DNA of 64,000 bases from an uncultured Nitrososphaerota archaeon (GTDB lineage Archaea > Thermoproteota > Nitrososphaeria > Nitrososphaerales > Gagatemarchaeaceae). The position numbers and the translations under genes are program-made. The DNA is taken from NCBI GenBank assembly GCA_963703285.1, contig OY969807.1, forward strand, positions 704,001 through 768,000, read 5' to 3'. The number at the start of each line of letters is the position of its first letter. Position 1 is the first letter of the stretch. Below, one piece after another: positions 7,518 through 16,940 of the stretch. The notes under the pieces were generated by a model. It saw only the letters and a program-made list of their open reading frames with translations, did not search any database and had not been told where the DNA came from.

Positions 7518-9253
7518 GGGTGGGCGTGATAATGTATCAGACGAGCTTGACGAAGGGGCAGGAGCTCGTGGCGCAGAGGATGGTGGAGGAGTTCAGGAGG
7601 CAGGGGGAGGAAGCGTTCCTGATAACGAGCGTTTTCCAAGACTGGGAGCTCGTCGTCGGGCCGGAGCAGATAGAGGAGAGGGGAGGGTACGTGACCCTCT
7701 TCGACGAGAGGCTGAGGATACCCGTGATCCGCGTCAGGAGCACCCTCGCCAGCTGGCCGCCCAGGAGAATCTCTTTCGTCGATTTCATCGCCACCCTGAC
7801 GAAGATCGTCGACGACCTCAAGCTGAACGTCCTGGTCACGCATTCGACCCTGTGGAACGGACCGGAGGAGGCGGCAAAGTTCGTCGAGTGGAGGCGAAAC
7901 CTGGCCAAGAAAGGCGCGCCCTTTCGCCGGGTCGTGCTCTGCCACATGAGCCACTTCCAGGAGGCCGACGAAGAGCGGTACACCGTCGTCGAGAGGACAT
8001 ACAGGGAGACCTGGAACCAGGTCAGCCTCTCCCAGATAGTGCAAGAGGCGGATATTCTACTCGTAACGACGCCGCTGGAAAAGCAGGCCATGGAGCGGCT
8101 GGGCGCCCCGCCGGAGAAGTGCATCCTGTTCCCGGGAGGGATAGTCCTGCCACGGGAGACGCTCTCCTCAGCCGGGGACCTGGCGAGGCTCGGGATACCT
8201 TCAGGCAAGAAGCTCGTCACGGTCCTCGGGACGGTGGAGGAGCGAAAGAACGATCTCGCGGTGCTAGAGGTGGCCGGGATGATGAGACCGCGAAGGGACG
8301 TTCAGTTTGTCATAGCGGGGAAGCTAGAGGGTGATTACGGCGAGAAGGTCGCGGACGGAGCAGCCGGCCTCGAGAACGTCTCCCTGGTTGGACCGGTCAG
8401 TGACGCGGAGAAGGGCGAGCTCATCAGGCGTTCCTACGTCGACCTCACGCTCAGCCGCTCCGAGGCTCTCGGGCTCGCGCAGATGGAGTTCATATACTCG
8501 GACGTCCCCGTGGTCACTTCCGGAGTGGGGGGACAGTCCTGGGTCGTACGGGACGGGACGAACGGGGTTGTGCTCGGCGGTCCCGACGACATCGAGGGCG
8601 CAGTGGAAGCAATCTCGGCGCTGCTGGATGACAGGGGTCTGAGGGAGGGGATGGGAAGGAGGGCGAAGGATTCCGTCAGACCCTACTCCATGGCAGCCCT
8701 GATTCGCAACCTCATCAGGAAGCTGATCCGGATCGTCGAGGGCTCGCACGGTGAAACCATCGCGGTGGGTCCCGAAGAGGAGGTAATCGACTCGATGATC
8801 GGCAGCCGGGAGAAGGTCGTGGTCACGAACAAGAGGCTGATCCTCTCTCCCCTTGACGAGCGGAGAGAGCCCATCGAGATCCCCTACGAGGAGATCGTGA
8901 AGATAACGCGCCGCCGGAGGGTAGCCTGGAGGGTCGTCGCCATAGGGGCGGCATCCATGGTTCTGCTGCTAGCCGCGGCCGTTGCGATGCCTGCGCTGGC
9001 GGGGTTGCTACCGCGCGCCCTGGCTCGGGCGCTCGTCCCGAAGCCGGGAGTGCCCTCGACCCTCGCGGTCGTCGCGATCGTCATGGCGCCCCTCCTCGCT
9101 TCGATCGGGGCCCTGGTCCTGACGAGGAGGGACGAGTTCAGGATACATCGCTCCAACTCCTCGCCTGTGCACGTGCCAGGAGAGTTCTCGCGGCTGTTGA
9201 GGATAGTGGATAAGCTCGCCCCCCGCGACTTGATGGACTACCCCGACGACTGA
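7511..9253 (+). CDS. GT4-family glycosyltransferase with C-terminal PH-like/two-TM extension
   Basis: GTVEERKN and SRSEALGLAQME (EX7E) motifs; C-terminal VVTNKRLI segment and two hydrophobic helices. Confidence 0.85.
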   Translation: MLRVGVIMYQTSLTKGQELVAQRMVEEFRRQGEEAFLITSVFQDWELVVGPEQIEERGGYVTLFDERLRIPVIRVRSTLASWPPRRISFVDFIATLTKIVDDLKLNVLVTHSTLWNGPEEAAKFVEWRRNLAKKGAPFRRVVLCHMSHFQEADEERYTVVERTYRETWNQVSLSQIVQEADILLVTTPLEKQAMERLGAPPEKCILFPGGIVLPRETLSSAGDLARLGIPSGKKLVTVLGTVEERKNDLAVLEVAGMMRPRRDVQFVIAGKLEGDYGEKVADGAAGLENVSLVGPVSDAEKGELIRRSYVDLTLSRSEALGLAQMEFIYSDVPVVTSGVGGQSWVVRDGTNGVVLGGPDDIEGAVEAISALLDDRGLREGMGRRAKDSVRPYSMAALIRNLIRKLIRIVEGSHGETIAVGPEEEVIDSMIGSREKVVVTNKRLILSPLDERREPIEIPYEEIVKITRRRRVAWRVVAIGAASMVLLLAAAVAMPALAGLLPRALARALVPKPGVPSTLAVVAIVMAPLLASIGALVLTRRDEFRIHRSNSSPVHVPGEFSRLLRIVDKLAPRDLMDYPDD

Positions 9254-9309
9254 GAGCGGCCTCCGTCAAGCGACAGACATTTATCGCCGCGGGAGGCGGC
9301 AGGGCAGAT

Positions 9310-9966
9310 TTGTCCAAGAGCTTGGACACCCTGTCTGATTCCAAGACATTCAGGCGCGGATTCGACCATGTGAGGCGCCGCGACCCCGTACTCGGCAGGG
9401 TGATGGAGAGTCACGGCGTCGTCGATTTCAGGGCCGAGGGAGACATCTTCGAGTCGATCGTCGAGTCTATCCTCTCCCAGCAGCTCGCGGGCGCGGCCGC
9501 CAACTCCATCATCCGGAAGGTCAGGGCCATCTACCCCGAAGGAAAGTTAGAGGCCGAGCCTCTGCTCAGGACGCCCGCCCGGCGGCTGCGGTCGGCCGGC
9601 GTCTCACCGCAGAAGCTCTCGTATCTGAGGGACCTTTCGAGGAAGGTCTCGAAGGGGAAGATTGACCTCGAAGCACTGAGGACCCTTGAGGACGACGAGA
9701 TAATCAGAATCCTCGACGAGGTGAAGGGAGTGGGTCCCTGGACGGTGCAGATGCTTCTCATATTCACTCTCGGCCGCGTCGACGTGCTGCCCGTCGACGA
9801 CCTGGGCGTCAGGAAGGGCATCCAGGGCGTCTATTCGTTGGAGAGCCTTCCCACGAGGGAAGAGATCGAGAAGATCGCCGAGAGCTGGCACCCGTACAGA
9901 ACTGTGGCCTCGCTCTACCTCTGGCGCTACAAGGACGCCGCAGGGAAGGAGGCTGAAGGAAGATAG
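9310..9966 (+). CDS. alkA: DNA-3-methyladenine glycosylase (AlkA/HhH-GPD family)
   Basis: ILSQQLA, VKGVGPWT helix-hairpin-helix, LPVDDLG, WHPYRTVASLYLW. Confidence 0.9.
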   Translation: MSKSLDTLSDSKTFRRGFDHVRRRDPVLGRVMESHGVVDFRAEGDIFESIVESILSQQLAGAAANSIIRKVRAIYPEGKLEAEPLLRTPARRLRSAGVSPQKLSYLRDLSRKVSKGKIDLEALRTLEDDEIIRILDEVKGVGPWTVQMLLIFTLGRVDVLPVDDLGVRKGIQGVYSLESLPTREEIEKIAESWHPYRTVASLYLWRYKDAAGKEAEGR

Positions 9967-10838
9967 GCTCTCGAAGCGCCGGTACCGGCAGCTACAAGGG
10001 CTACCCCGACCCGTCGCACATCATCTCCGTTGAGGAGGCCTCGGGTTTGCTAGGGAACCATGACGTTGTCTTTGTCGACACGAGGAACTACTGGATGTAC
10101 GCCGAGGGGCACATCCCCGGGGCTGTCGACCTGGAGCTCTACGCGTTCCACTGGTTCGACACATCGAGGGAGGGGCTGGAGACGTTCGCGGCGGAGATGT
10201 CCAAGCTCCTCGGCTCGTACGGGATCGACAATCAGAAGCAGGTCGTCTTCTATCAGGACGACAGCGGGTACGATGCCGCGAGGGGCGTGTGGCTTCTCGA
10301 GTTCCTCGGGAACAGGAACGGGCGCTTGCTCGACGGCGGCCTGAACCTGTGGAAGAGGATGGGGAAGAAGCTCTCGAAGGACGATCCTGCGGTGGGTCGT
10401 GCCACGTTCGTCCCGAGGATGGACATGGACGCCGTCTGCGGGCTCGAAGAACTGAAGGAAGGCATCGGAAGGCAGGGCCTCGAGGTCGTGGATGTGCGAT
10501 CCCCGGGAGAGTTCGACGGAACCAACAGAAGGGCGCTCAAGGGGGGACACGTCCCGGGAGCTGTGAACCTGGAGTGGAAGAGCGCGCTGCGGGAGGATGG
10601 GACGCTCAAGGACGCAAGGGAGCTCGCCGCAGTCTACGGCTCTCTGAGACCTCGGAGCGACATCGTGACCTACTGCCAGAGCGGTTTTAGGGCCTCGCAT
10701 TCGTGGCTGGTGCTCAGGCTCCTCGGGTTCGAGAGGGTCAGGAACTACCTGGGATCGTGGTACGAATGGGGGAACAGCCCCGACACTCCGGTGGAGTGGG
10801 GCGGATCCGTCCGCAATCCAAGCGCTGAGGCGCCCTGA
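9963..10838 (+). CDS. Tandem-rhodanese thiosulfate/3-mercaptopyruvate sulfurtransferase
   Basis: GHIPGA, LLDGG, GHVPGA, YCQSGFRAS active site, NYLGSWYEW; homologous-looking N-terminus GYPDPSHIISVEE lies upstream of TTG 10047, so the start may be ATA 9963. Confidence 0.88.
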   Translation: MGSRSAGTGSYKGYPDPSHIISVEEASGLLGNHDVVFVDTRNYWMYAEGHIPGAVDLELYAFHWFDTSREGLETFAAEMSKLLGSYGIDNQKQVVFYQDDSGYDAARGVWLLEFLGNRNGRLLDGGLNLWKRMGKKLSKDDPAVGRATFVPRMDMDAVCGLEELKEGIGRQGLEVVDVRSPGEFDGTNRRALKGGHVPGAVNLEWKSALREDGTLKDARELAAVYGSLRPRSDIVTYCQSGFRASHSWLVLRLLGFERVRNYLGSWYEWGNSPDTPVEWGGSVRNPSAEAP

Positions 10839-10884
10839 AGGCCCCCGACAAAGGCTAAATCGCATCCTCGCGGGCGGGTCCCGC

Positions 10885-11325
10885 ATGGACATCACGCAGG
10901 CGGACATCTCGTCCAAGCCCGTCTGGTACAGGGAGGCCTCGGCCTGGGGGAGGATTCGTCTGAGGCCCGAGACGGTGAGGCGTGTGAAGGAGGGCAAGCT
11001 CGAGAAGGGTGACGGAATCGCGATAGCCAAGACGATGGCCGTGATGGGCGCGAAGAAGACGCCCGAGATGCTCGCCCTCTGCCATCCCCTGAGGATCGAG
11101 AGCACCAGGGTGCAGACCAAGCTCAACAGGGACTCCATCGAGGTAACCGTGACCGTGGCCGCGCACGAGAAGACGGGGGTCGAGATGGAGGCCCTCACCG
11201 CCGTCAGCGTGGCGCTTCTCAACATCTGGGACGTCGTGAAGGCCTACGAGAAGGACAGCGGCGGGCAGTACCCGTCGACCACGATAGAGGGGATCAAGGT
11301 CCTGAAGAAGGTCAAGCACCAATGA
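10885..11325 (+). CDS. moaC: Cyclic pyranopterin monophosphate synthase
   Basis: DISSK, LEKGD, AKKT..LCHP, KTGVEMEALT, WDVVK. Confidence 0.95.
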   Translation: MDITQADISSKPVWYREASAWGRIRLRPETVRRVKEGKLEKGDGIAIAKTMAVMGAKKTPEMLALCHPLRIESTRVQTKLNRDSIEVTVTVAAHEKTGVEMEALTAVSVALLNIWDVVKAYEKDSGGQYPSTTIEGIKVLKKVKHQ

Positions 11326-11858
11326 AACCGAAGCCGCAGGATGAGCACAGGCACGAGGCCCCGAGCAAGCTCGGCGTCCACTTAGTGACCGTGAGCTCTA
11401 GCAGGTATTACAAGAAGGAGCGCGGGGCTCGGTTCACAGATGAATCCGGGGACCTCGCTGAGAAGCTCCTCGAGAAGGCGGGGCACGAAGTCCTCGTCCG
11501 TGAACTGATATCCGACGACAAGCAGATGCTAAAGGATTCCTTCGATAGAGCCGCGCTGGAGAACGACGTCGACCTCGTCCTGTTCTTGGGGGGGACGGGA
11601 GTCTCGCCCCGCGACATAACAGTGGACGTCATTCGTCCCCTCATCGAGAAGGAGCTGTTGGGATTCGGCGAACTGCTTCGGTCCATCAGCTACGCGAAGA
11701 TGGGAGTCCCTGCCCTATTGAGCCGCGCGACCGGCGGGGTTTCTCAAGGAAAGCTGATACTCTGCCTCCCCGGTTCACCCGACGGAGTCGAGACGGCGCT
11801 AAACCTCTTCCTGCCCGAGATTCCCCACGCAATCTACCTCGCCAAGAAGAGACCATAG
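11322..11858 (+). CDS. moaB: Molybdopterin adenylyltransferase MoaB/Mog
   Basis: TVSSSR, DESG, GGTGVSPRDIT, GFGELLR, LSRA, LPGS. Confidence 0.92.
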   Translation: MKPKPQDEHRHEAPSKLGVHLVTVSSSRYYKKERGARFTDESGDLAEKLLEKAGHEVLVRELISDDKQMLKDSFDRAALENDVDLVLFLGGTGVSPRDITVDVIRPLIEKELLGFGELLRSISYAKMGVPALLSRATGGVSQGKLILCLPGSPDGVETALNLFLPEIPHAIYLAKKRP

Positions 11859-11941
11859 AGCCCGCCAGATTCTGGCGCGTTTAACCCGCTCGATGCGGGC
11901 GCAGCAGCTGGCCACCGCCTCGGTCTCTCGCAGGGGCGGGC

Positions 11942-12994
11942 CTACCCTTGTTGGCTGTAGGCGACCATGCTGACCATCCCCGCGACCCTGAAGGCTATGT
12001 CCTTGAAGGTGAGGCTCTCCGGAGAGTCAGGCGCGGCAAGCACGATGGGGACACCGAGGTCGGACTGCACCCTTATGCTCGGATGGAGCGGAATCTCCCC
12101 TAGGAACTGGACCCCGAGCGTCTCGGAAGCAAGCCTCCCGCCGCCGGAGGAGAATATGTCGGACCTCTCGCCACAGTGGGGACAGACGAAGTAGCTCATG
12201 TTCTCGACCAGGCCCAGGATGGGCACGTTGAGCTTCCTGAACATCCCCACGGCCTTCGTGGCGATGTTTAGCGCGGCGTCTTGGGGAGTCGTGACGATGA
12301 CCACGCCGCCCAGCGGGACGGTCTGCGCGAGGGTGAGCCCGGAGTCCCCCGAGCCCGGCGGCAGGTCGCACACGAGGTAGTCGAGGTCGCCCCACTGGAC
12401 CTGCGTCAGGAGCTGCCTCACGGCTCCAGCCACCATGGGCCCCCTCCAGACGAGCGCGGTCTCGTCCTTGTAGAAGAGCCCCAGCGAGACGACCTTCACA
12501 CCGTGCGCCACCACAGGAATGATGGTGTCGTCCTTCGTGCGCGGACGCTCTCTGACGCCCATCATGAGCGGCAGGTTGGGGCCGTAGACGTCCGCGTCGA
12601 GCAGGCCCACCCTCGCGCCCGACCCGGCCAGCGCCAGAGCGAGGTTCACGGCCACGGTGGACTTGCCCACACCCCCCTTCCCGCTTGCGACCGCTATGAT
12701 GTTCTTCACCCCCTTCAGCATCTCCGTCTCGTCTGCCTTGTGGGTCGCCGCCACCTGCGCCGAGACCTTCATCTCCACGGTCTTGACGCCCGCTATCGAT
12801 GCGACGGCCTGCCTGGCTTCGTTCTCGATGCGCGACCGGAGGGGGCAGGCGGGCGTGGTGAGGTTGAGCGTGAACGAGACACTGTCGCCCTCGACGGAGA
12901 CCTCCTGAACCATGTTGAGCGCCACGAGGTCCTTCCCCAGCTCCGGGTCGGTTACGCGCTGGAGCGCCTTCGTGACCTCCTCCCTGGAAACCAT
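11942..12994 (-). CDS. mrp: Mrp/NBP35/ApbC Fe-S cluster carrier ATPase with N-terminal DUF59
   Basis: DPEL..LTTPACP, ASGKGGVGKST, DADVYGP, WRGP, DLPPG, ENMS..CPHC. Confidence 0.95.
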   Translation of the reverse strand: MVSREEVTKALQRVTDPELGKDLVALNMVQEVSVEGDSVSFTLNLTTPACPLRSRIENEARQAVASIAGVKTVEMKVSAQVAATHKADETEMLKGVKNIIAVASGKGGVGKSTVAVNLALALAGSGARVGLLDADVYGPNLPLMMGVRERPRTKDDTIIPVVAHGVKVVSLGLFYKDETALVWRGPMVAGAVRQLLTQVQWGDLDYLVCDLPPGSGDSGLTLAQTVPLGGVVIVTTPQDAALNIATKAVGMFRKLNVPILGLVENMSYFVCPHCGERSDIFSSGGGRLASETLGVQFLGEIPLHPSIRVQSDLGVPIVLAAPDSPESLTFKDIAFRVAGMVSMVAYSQQG

Positions 12995-13121
12995 GGAAAA
13001 GGGCCCCCTCGCTCCGATTAAAGCTTTGGCTCTCCTGTTCTGTCAACCGCTCGTCAACCGTTGGAGCCCCGGGCAATTCCAAGCTTTCATAAACGTCCTC
13101 CTCATGGGGCCATCGCTCGAA

Positions 13122-13874
13122 ATGGACGGCGCAGTGACGGTCCTTCCCCTGAGGGGGATCCCCAGGGTGAAGCCGGGAGACAATCTCGTCCGGCTCCTGA
13201 TACGGTCCTTCCAGGACAGCGGCGTTGAGCTCCAAGACTCGGACGTCGTCGTGATCACACAGAAGGTCGTCTCCAAGGCGGAGGGGAGGGTCGTGAGGAT
13301 CGAGGGTGTGCGCCCGGGGAAGAGAGCCAGCCTGCTCGCGGAGGAGCTCCGGAAAGACCCGCGGACGGTGCAGGTCATACTCAGGGAGTCCAAGAGGATC
13401 GTCCGGAAGGGGCACGGAGTCCTCATTACCGAGACCAAGCACGGCTTCGTCTGCGCAAACGCGGGAATCGACCAGTCGAACGTGGAAGAGGGGTACCTGA
13501 CGCTCCTCCCCGAGGACCCGGACAGGAGCGCCAGGAAGATAAGAAAGAGCCTCGAGAGGGCGACCGGGAAGAAGCTGGCGGTGGTGATAACGGACACGTT
13601 CGGCAGACCGTGGCGGGACGGACAGGTCGATGTCGCCATAGGCTGTTCTGGCGTCGCTCCGCTGGAGGACCTGGTCGGGACGACTGACCCCTATGGCCAC
13701 CTGCTGAGGGTGACACAGCCCGCCATCGCGGACGAGATCGCCTCCGCGTCCGAGCTGGTGATGAGGAAGCACTCGATGACCCCTGCGGCCGTTGTGCGAG
13801 GGGTCTCTTACAGGCGCGGTTACCGCGGCGTTCGGACCATCGTGAGGGAATGGAGGTCTGACCTCTTCAGGTGA
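13122..13874 (+). CDS. cofE: Coenzyme F420-0:L-glutamate ligase
   Basis: GIPRVKPGD, QKVVSKAEGR, ANAGIDQSN, LLPEDPD, DTFGRPWRDG, ADEIAS. Confidence 0.95.
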   Translation: MDGAVTVLPLRGIPRVKPGDNLVRLLIRSFQDSGVELQDSDVVVITQKVVSKAEGRVVRIEGVRPGKRASLLAEELRKDPRTVQVILRESKRIVRKGHGVLITETKHGFVCANAGIDQSNVEEGYLTLLPEDPDRSARKIRKSLERATGKKLAVVITDTFGRPWRDGQVDVAIGCSGVAPLEDLVGTTDPYGHLLRVTQPAIADEIASASELVMRKHSMTPAAVVRGVSYRRGYRGVRTIVREWRSDLFR

Positions 13875-13881
13875 TCGGCAT

Positions 13882-14796
13882 TTGAGAATGGCGGTCCTGG
13901 CCGGGGGGACCGGGTCTGCCAAGCTCCTCCGGGGCCTGAAGGATGACGGTGGAGAATTCTCGGTCATCTCCAACGTCGGCGACAACTTCTGGTGTCACGG
14001 CCTCTACGTGGCCCCGGACGTGGACATCGCCGTCTACACCCTAGCCGGGATAGAGGACAGTGCCAGAGGGTGGGGCATCAGGGATGATACCTTCAACTCG
14101 CTGGGACAGCTTGGGAGGATGGGCGAGGAGACGTGGTTCAACCTCGGCGACAGGGACCTCGCGACCCACATCTTCAGGACAGAACTGATGGCGCGGGGCA
14201 AGAGGCTCGGCGACATAACGGACACCATCTGTGAGAGGCTCGGGGTGAAGCAGAAGGTCATCCCGTGCACGGATGACAGGCTCGAGACCTTCATAGCGAC
14301 AAGGACGGGAGCGATGCACCTGCAGGAGTTCTGGGTTAAGAACGGGGGAGAGCCTGAGGTCATCGGCGTCGAGTACAGGGGCGAGGAAGGGGCGAGGCCC
14401 GAGCAGAGAGCAATCGAGTCGTTGGAGAGGGCGGAGAGGATAGTATTCTGCCCCGCGAACCCCGTCACGAGCTTGATGCCCATCCTTGCGGTCAGAGGAA
14501 TCAGGCAGACAATCGAGATGAGCAAGGCGAGGAGGATCGCAATCTCGCCGATCGTGGCCGATGGGCCGGTCAACGGGCCGGCCGGCAAGCTGATGAGGGC
14601 CATAGGTGCAGAGGTGAGCTCCGCAGGGGTCGCGGCGCTCTACAAGGGCCTGATCGACTGCATGCTGATAGACCCCGCGGACCACGCCGAAGGCGAAGCC
14701 ATCGAGCGCATGGGAATCGAGGTGGCGGAGTGTCCAATCGTGATGCGCGGTCGCGGGGGCGAGGTCCGGTTGGCCCGGGAAGTCACGAAGGTTTGA
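13882..14796 (+). CDS. cofD: 2-phospho-L-lactate transferase
   Basis: LAGGTGSAKLL, NVGD, PDVD, WFNLGDRDLATH, HLQEFW, PANPVTS, GPAGKLM. Confidence 0.95.
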   Translation: MRMAVLAGGTGSAKLLRGLKDDGGEFSVISNVGDNFWCHGLYVAPDVDIAVYTLAGIEDSARGWGIRDDTFNSLGQLGRMGEETWFNLGDRDLATHIFRTELMARGKRLGDITDTICERLGVKQKVIPCTDDRLETFIATRTGAMHLQEFWVKNGGEPEVIGVEYRGEEGARPEQRAIESLERAERIVFCPANPVTSLMPILAVRGIRQTIEMSKARRIAISPIVADGPVNGPAGKLMRAIGAEVSSAGVAALYKGLIDCMLIDPADHAEGEAIERMGIEVAECPIVMRGRGGEVRLAREVTKV

Positions 14797-14808
14797 GCGA
14801 TTCCGAGG

Positions 14809-15515
14809 TCAGGCTTCCCGGTCTGGATCCGTCGTCCGTCTCTCCTGGACGGTGCGTTCCAGTCTCCGTGTCTGCCTGAGAGTCCTCTCGAGGAAGTTCA
14901 TGGTGCTGTTCCTCCTGCCGAACCTGAAGTACCTGTGCACGTCGCCTGCGTGGTCTATGTCGAAGGCTACGTTCTCGGAGTAATAGACCGCGGCCCGGGC
15001 CGCGGTCAGCGTCGCCTCTCTCACGTGCTTGTTGAAGCTGTCGTCGTCGTAGTGTAGCGGGATCCTCCGCTTCCTCGTCATCAGGAGGAGGTTGGTTCCG
15101 CTGTAGTCCTCTGAGGGAGAGACGATTATGGGCGATCCCATCCTGTGAAGAGCGAAGACGGTCTTGATGTCGCTCGCCGAGATTAGGGGCAGGTCGGCGG
15201 GGAGTATGAGCCACCCGTCGTAGCTGGAGAGCCTACCAATCGCCGCCTCCACCGCTTCGTTGACCCCGGCGTCGCGCTCCTCCTCTATTGAGCCGACGCC
15301 GTAGCGGCCTGCGAACTTCAGGATCTCCGGGTCTGAAGAGACCACGTAGGTCTGGGCGCTCTTCTTCGCCTTTGAGAGGGCCAGAAGCGTGTCCTCGAGC
15401 ATCGCGACCTGCAGCTGCTTCCTCTCGCGCGCCCGAAGAGCGAGGACAGCCTCGCCTTCGGGTTTGAACCCTTCACAGGGACTATCAGGGCGATCTTGTT
15501 CAACGCTCCATTCAC
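14809..15515 (-). CDS. cofC: 2-phospho-L-lactate/PEP guanylyltransferase (frameshift at about 15432)
   Basis: IVPVK..KARLS in one frame joins ERKQLQVAMLEDTL..ADLP..GTN..DID in another; one added G restores the frame. Confidence 0.88.
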
Positions 15516-16030
15516 CTCTTCACCGGCTCGAACCTTCCGCTCTTGTTGTAGTTCAGGAGTCCGGCGTAAATCGCCCAGTGTATCAGGATGGTGTTGACAA
15601 GTGACTGGTTGAGCTCGGGCTCGTGGTGCCAGGTTATTCCCTTCTCCGAGAGGACCTCGGCGACCTCCGCGGCGGAGACGGACCCCCGATGCGTGGCGAG
15701 GTCGATCGCGGTCCTGAATGGTTCGAGCTTCGCGAGCTGGTCGGTCAGGAGCCTGACCTTCTGCCTCGTCGTCTTCTGGAACTTGTGCCCGAATTCGGTG
15801 AGTGTGACGTCCCCCTTCTCGCTCTTCACGAGGCCCAGCAGCTCGGCGGTGTCGAGGATTGGCAGCAGGACCGCTATGTCGGCGCCGAGCTCGTCGGCCA
15901 GTCGTGAGGCGTCGATTGTCGAGCCGAGGACACCGGTCACCTCGACTAGGCTGATGACCTGTCCAGCCCTGACGTTTCCTGGCATCAGGGGGGCCTTCTT
16001 CACCTCCGACTGCGATCGTCTATCTGCCAT
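15512..16030 (-). CDS. Stand-alone AAA-associated (wHTH-like) domain protein accompanying a nitrate/sulfonate ABC ATPase
   Basis: LADEL..DI..LLPILDTAELLGLV..GDVTLT..G and terminal IHWAIYAGLLNY resemble the C-terminal AAA-associated domain of such ATPases. Confidence 0.75.
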   Translation of the reverse strand: MADRRSQSEVKKAPLMPGNVRAGQVISLVEVTGVLGSTIDASRLADELGADIAVLLPILDTAELLGLVKSEKGDVTLTEFGHKFQKTTRQKVRLLTDQLAKLEPFRTAIDLATHRGSVSAAEVAEVLSEKGITWHHEPELNQSLVNTILIHWAIYAGLLNYNKSGRFEPVKR

Positions 16031-16045
16031 CTTATGCCACCCGAG

Positions 16046-16852
16046 CTATGCGAGGTATGAATAAAGCTTGTCCACCCAGAGCAGGAACTCGTCCGACTTC
16101 TTGTTTCTGGGCCTCGGAAGGTCGATCTTGAGGTCGACGATGACCTGCCCCGGCCTCGGAGTCAGGACGACGACCCGGTCGGCCAGTTCGACTATCTCCT
16201 CGACGTTGTGGCTGACGAGTATCACCGTCTGGATGGAGGACGACGGGTTGATGAGGAGCGAGAATGTCTCCTTCCTGAGGCGGTCGGCCGTAAGGTTGTC
16301 CAGCGCGCTGAACGGTTCGTCCATCAGCAGGACCTGAGGCTGCAGGGCGAGGGCCCTGGCGATCCCGACCCTCTGCTTCATGCCGCCCGAGAGCTCGCCT
16401 GGGTAGACGTTCTCGAACCCCCCCAGCCCCGCGTTTTCGAGAGAGTCCATGGCGATCTTCTTCTTCTGCTCGTCGGAGAGGTCGCTCCTCGACGAGAGCC
16501 CGAAGACGACGTTCTCGAGAGAGGTCTTCCACGGGAGAAGCACGAATGTCTGGAAGATCATGGCCAACTCGGACCTCGGCTCTTCTATCACCTGTCCCCT
16601 GAACTTCACGTCCCCGGACGTAGGGTGGATCAGCCCGGCGATTATTCGCAGGAGGGTCGACTTGCCACAGCCCGATGGCCCGGTGAGCGCGAGGAAGTCG
16701 TTCTTGTAGGCTGACATCGAGACGTCGTTGAGCACGGGCAACGCGACCTTCTCCTTCACGAAGTCCAGACTGACGTGCTCGACTTCGATGATGGGGCCGT
16801 CTGTGGTCCCGGCAGGGATGTCGAGGACCGCTCCCGTCATCGAGGAGTCCAT
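16046..16852 (-). CDS. Nitrate/sulfonate/bicarbonate-type ABC transporter ATP-binding protein
   Basis: GPSGCGKST, LLPWKT, LSGGMKQRV, LLMDEPFSALD, VSHN; start uncertain (16852 or 16840). Confidence 0.9.
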   Translation of the reverse strand: MDSSMTGAVLDIPAGTTDGPIIEVEHVSLDFVKEKVALPVLNDVSMSAYKNDFLALTGPSGCGKSTLLRIIAGLIHPTSGDVKFRGQVIEEPRSELAMIFQTFVLLPWKTSLENVVFGLSSRSDLSDEQKKKIAMDSLENAGLGGFENVYPGELSGGMKQRVGIARALALQPQVLLMDEPFSALDNLTADRLRKETFSLLINPSSSIQTVILVSHNVEEIVELADRVVVLTPRPGQVIVDLKIDLPRPRNKKSDEFLLWVDKLYSYLA

Positions 16853-16940
16853 CCCTCCAGCAGCGAGAAATCTCCTGCTCGCCAAATTGAACACGGGGGC
16901 CGTAATTCTCCGGGGGATAACCATTCTGGTCAAAGGGGGG

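Noticed and set aside
12027-13985. 652-aa minus-strand ORF
   Set aside because: Shadow frame overlapping mrp and antisense to cofE; Arg/Gly/Pro-rich artefact of high GC
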